This document shows, in pieces, positions 60,489-64,000 of a stretch of DNA of 64,000 nt; positions within the stretch are counted from its first letter, which is position 1; every line of letters begins with the position of its first letter. Source of the DNA: Pelagomonas calceolata. Taxonomy: Eukaryota. The position numbers and the translations under genes are program-made. The notes under the pieces are model-generated. The model saw nothing but the letters and a program-made list of their open reading frames with translations. It had not been told where the DNA came from and made no database searches. The stretch is taken from positions 1,736,001-1,800,000 of the forward strand of contig CAKKNE010000003.1 of the NCBI GenBank assembly GCA_918797485.1, written 5' to 3'.

Positions 60489-62588
60489 CTACTTCTTGCC
60501 CTTCTTCTTGTCGTTCCAGCCCCGCTGCTTGGCCATGCGGATCGACTCCGGCGTCACCTCCACCAACTCCTCCTCGGAGATGTACTCGACCGCCGAATCT
60601 AAGGTCAGCTCCAGAGGCGGGCTTAACCCTTCCACGATGCCCTTCGTCGCGCTCCGCATGTTCGTCAGCTGCTTCTGCTTGCAGACGTTCACGCGCAGGT
60701 CGCCGGGCCGCTGATGGACCCCAACAACCATGTCCTTGTAGACGGCCGTTTTGGGCGTCGCGAACAATTGACCTCTATCCTGGGCACCGAGCAACCCGTG
60801 AGACGTCGCCTCGCCGTCCTCGAAGGCTAACAACGAGCCTTTGTCCCGCGCCTCGATGTCCCCAGCAAATGCCCTATAAGAATCAAAGTTCGAATCAATC
60901 ACGGCCGTGCCGCGAGTAGCCGACAGCAAGTTCGTCCTCAAACCAATGGACCCACGAGTAGGTAATAAATATTTCACATACGTGTAGTCGCCGACGTCGG
61001 TCTTCCCCATGTCCTGCATCTCGCCCTTCCTCCGGTTCAAAAGATCAACAACATTGGAGGCGTACTCGTCGGGGACCTGGACCTCGACCGCATCATACGG
61101 TTCCTGCTTCTTGCCGTCGTCACCCGTCTTGATGATCACCTCGGGCGGCCCGATCTCCAGCTCGAAGCCTTCGCGGCGCATCGTTTCTATCAACACTGTT
61201 AAGTGGAGCGGACCTCTACCAGACACGGTGAAGGCGTCGCCGCTATCTTGCGGTTCTACTTGTAATGCCACATTGCGATCCAGCTCCTTCATCAGTCGGT
61301 CGCGGATAACCCGAGACGTTAATTTATCGCCTTCCCGGCCAGCCAACGGCGACTTGTTCACCGCAAAACTCATGGACACGGTCGGCTCCTCGACCTCGAG
61401 GCAAGGTAGCGGCTGCGGGTCCGCCTTCTCGGTCACGGTCTCGCCGATCTGGATGTCGCTCACCCCGGAGAACATGACGATCTCTCCCGCACTGGCTTCG
61501 TCGACGGCTTTCCTTCCTAAATTGTCATAGACGAAGAGATCATTAATTTTGATCGCGCGGCAGTCGTCGTCGGGGCCCTTCATGGCCCCGAACGTCCCAG
61601 CATCACCAGCCTTCAGTTTACCCTGCTTGACCCGGCCAATGCCCAGCTTACCCTTGAAGTCGTCAAAATCAATGTTCGCTACTAAGAGCTGGGCCGGGGC
61701 GTCGGCGTCGACTTCCGGCGCCGGGATACTGTCCACAATCGCGTCCAGGATAGCCGTCATGTCGTCCTTCAATGCATCAGGTTCCGTGCCGGCCTGGCCG
61801 TTCAACGCTGAGGCGTAGACGATGTCGAAGTCCGTCTGCTCGTCCGTGGCATCCAACTCGACGAACAGGTCGAAGGCCTTGTCCACGACGTAGTCCGGTC
61901 GCGCTTGCGGCCGGTCGATCTTGTTCACTACGAGCACGGCTTTCAGGCCTAGCTCCAAGGCCTTCTTGAGCACAAATCTCGTCTGGGGCTTCGGGCCCTC
62001 GACGGAGTCCACAACGAGTAAAACGCCGTCGACCATGTTCAAAATGCGCTCGACCTCGCCGCCGAAGTCGGCGTGGCCCGGGGTGTCGACTAAATTGACC
62101 TTGACTCCTTTGTAATCAATAGCGGCGTTCTTCGCGAGGATCGTGATGCCGCGTTCCCTCTCTTGATCATTAGAATCCATGACGCGCTCCTGGACCTCCT
62201 CGTTGTCCCTAAACACGTTCGACTCCTGGAGCAGGGCGTCGACGAGCGTCGTCTTGCCGTGGTCGACCTGCGTGTGGTACGCTTGTTGTATGCTCGACGG
62301 CGTGAGGTTGCGCATTGCGTTGCTGTGGGCGGGCGTCGGGAGCCGCGTTGGCTCGACGGCGTGGAGAATGCACGCGTTTCATGCCTGGCATTGCTTGCGG
62401 ACGCTGCGTCGCACGTGTGCCACGATCGCGACGTTGCGCAGGCCCTCGAGCGTCGATGCAGCCATCCTGAGAGGGGCGCTGCTGCGGAGCTGCCTCGCCG
62501 GACGAGCAACGCGCGGGCGGCCGCGCGACAGCAGCGCCCTCGCCACGCCGGCGAGCATCGTTATTCTTGCAATCGTGCCGCGTCGCAT
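60489..62588 (-). CDS. typA: Plastid-type translational GTPase TypA/BipA, 650 aa (exons 62588-62415, 62267-60489)
   Basis: [58 protein letters not shown]-terminal presequence. Confidence 0.95.
62268..62414 (-). mobile_element. Old introner-derived intron, 147 bp, GT-AG, phase 0, inside the TypA G1 motif
   Basis: Two CACGCCGTCGAG motifs; ends ACCACACGCAG|GT. Donor GTGCGAC resembles the downstream exon start GTCGAC. Confidence 0.8.
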
Positions 62589-62881
62589 TGTCCGATGCTG
62601 CACGACTGCAATTTTGTCGATGAGCAGAGCAGCACCTCGTCATTGCCAGCGGGCGGCACTGCTACCCTCGCCAATCCGCGCAAAGAGGCGTGCTTGCACT
62701 TCTGTACAGGTCCATGTACCGGATCAAGGAGCCTCAGCAGCAACCGAACGAAGATAGTCAACGCGGGCCGCGGCCGCGCTTCGGCATAGTCGTCGGCCAT
62801 GGAGAGAGAACGCAAGTGAACGATTCTAAACTGACGCATCGCCTCCTCTGGTGGGAGAGCTCCCTGTTTCGTGCGGGCAGC

Positions 62882-62891
62882 CGCACGTGCG
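62882..62891. promoter_or_regulatory. 10-bp palindrome CGCACGTGCG (G-box core), candidate iron-responsive element
   Basis: About 100 bp upstream of the ISIP2a-like ATG. Confidence 0.4.
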
Positions 62892-62992
62892 CCGCCGCGC
62901 CGCCGCCTCCTTCTGGGCAGGCTTGCAATTGGACATTGCCTCACAAAGCCGAGTATTAAGGCCAACATTGGTCGACATCAGGCAGCAAAAAA

Positions 62993-64000
62993 ATGGTCGC
63001 ATGGGCTGGAATCATTGGTGCTGCCCTCTTCGGCCGCGCGGCCGCGCAGGTCGGCTCGTGGCAGACGCTCGCCGGCTATATGTCGGCCTCGGACGTTGAG
63101 CAGCACTCGAAGATCGACCTCGACATGCAAGAGTTTGAAGACAAGGTCGGCGAGTACGACACCAACGCAAACTGGATCACCGAGGCCATGTTTATCTACG
63201 AGAACGGCGGCAACGGCCTTTGCGTGACCGCCAACGAGAACGGCATCGGCTGCGAGGTGGGTTGGCCCCGGGGCAATTCCCTCAAGGCCACCTCGATCCG
63301 CACGCTCAAGGGCTTCGCGATCAAGGATTACTCGACGGACAAACTCACTGGCGCGGATGGTGGCAAGTACGGCGAGCAGTTGCCCCCGATCTACACGGCG
63401 TACTGGGCGGCCAACGGCTACAGCGCGACGGAAGCCGCCTTTTGGGCCGATACGTTCATCACGAAGGACTACTCCGCGATATCCAAGGACAGCGGGACGA
63501 ACCAGCTGATTAAGAAGGGCGCCAACTACCAGGCGGTCTGGATGTACGTGATCCACGAGCTCGAGGACGCCATTGGCGACTGCTTCGCCGGCGACATCAC
63601 CGCCAACGACGGCACCCCGACCGGCGGCGCGCCGCACGCGTGGGACGAGGCCTGGGCCTTCTACGCCGGCTCTCAGGTCGCGGCGACGGCGGCCGACTCC
63701 GTCGTGGACGACGGTACGCTGATCTGGGAGCTCGCGGAGAAGCGCGGCAAGGATTTCGGCACCACATACGCCACTGGCCCCGCCACGGTGAATGTCAATC
63801 TCCTAGCCAAATTTATTGAGGGCCGCGATCGCATCATTGCTGGCCAGTGCCTCGAGGCCGAGCCCATCGTTGATGAAATCATCAAGCAGATGTCGATCCC
63901 GCTCATCCAGGGCACGCTCAAGTACGCGTACCAGGCGGACCCGGCCAACTCCGCCGGCGATTGCGCCGGCGATGCCGGCAAGAACGCCCTGACCGCTACC
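62993..64000 (+). CDS. ISIP2A: Iron-starvation-induced protein 2a / phytotransferrin (FEA1-like domain), 3'-partial
   Basis: Hand translation: signal peptide MVAWAGIIGAALFGRAAA, LAGY...SDVEQHSKIDLD, IYENGGN, RTLKGF, WMYVIHELEDAIGDC, HAWDEAWAFYAGS. Open to the window end, so missing from the ORF track. Confidence 0.85.
   Translation, partial: MVAWAGIIGAALFGRAAAQVGSWQTLAGYMSASDVEQHSKIDLDMQEFEDKVGEYDTNANWITEAMFIYENGGNGLCVTANENGIGCEVGWPRGNSLKATSIRTLKGFAIKDYSTDKLTGADGGKYGEQLPPIYTAYWAANGYSATEAAFWADTFITKDYSAISKDSGTNQLIKKGANYQAVWMYVIHELEDAIGDCFAGDITANDGTPTGGAPHAWDEAWAFYAGSQVAATAADSVVDDGTLIWELAEKRGKDFGTTYATGPATVNVNLLAKFIEGRDRIIAGQCLEAEPIVDEIIKQMSIPLIQGTLKYAYQADPANSAGDCAGDAGKNALTAT

Noticed and set aside
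62268..62315. ORF-track start of TypA (MRNLTPSS...)
   Set aside because: Lies inside the intron; the true G1 motif RNVAIVAH is in the upstream exon.

Overview
GC-rich, gene-dense eukaryotic nuclear DNA, most consistent with a pelagophyte alga (Pelagomonas/Aureococcus-like). This rests on ASAFAP-type bipartite plastid presequences, an ISIP2a/phytotransferrin gene, flagellar SPAG17, very few introns, and introner-type introns. About 29 protein-coding loci are supported, and most other ORFs in the track are GC-rich shadow frames. There are no rRNA, tRNA or CRISPR features. Main observations: (1) All six introns I could reconstruct derive from one TIR-bearing introner family (CTGTGTGGAAATCAA...TTGATTTCCACACAG, internal CACGCCRTCGA motif) at graded stages of decay; removing them repairs five genes. 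(2) A 20-24 bp CTAG-bounded element (CTAGCG-N-TAASACACTAG) occurs nine times, only in intergenic regions upstream of gene starts. (3) Two 5'-less gene fragments, a DNA-PKcs C-terminus/FATC and an F-box-like gene tail, are joined back to back at about 53747. (4) An array of 19 GAGAY motifs lies in the 3' UTR of an RRM protein gene. (5) Also present are a CP12-like plastid protein, a PA-domain pseudo-prolyl-hydroxylase and a palindromic G-box upstream of ISIP2a. All homology calls come from motif recognition by eye, not database searches.
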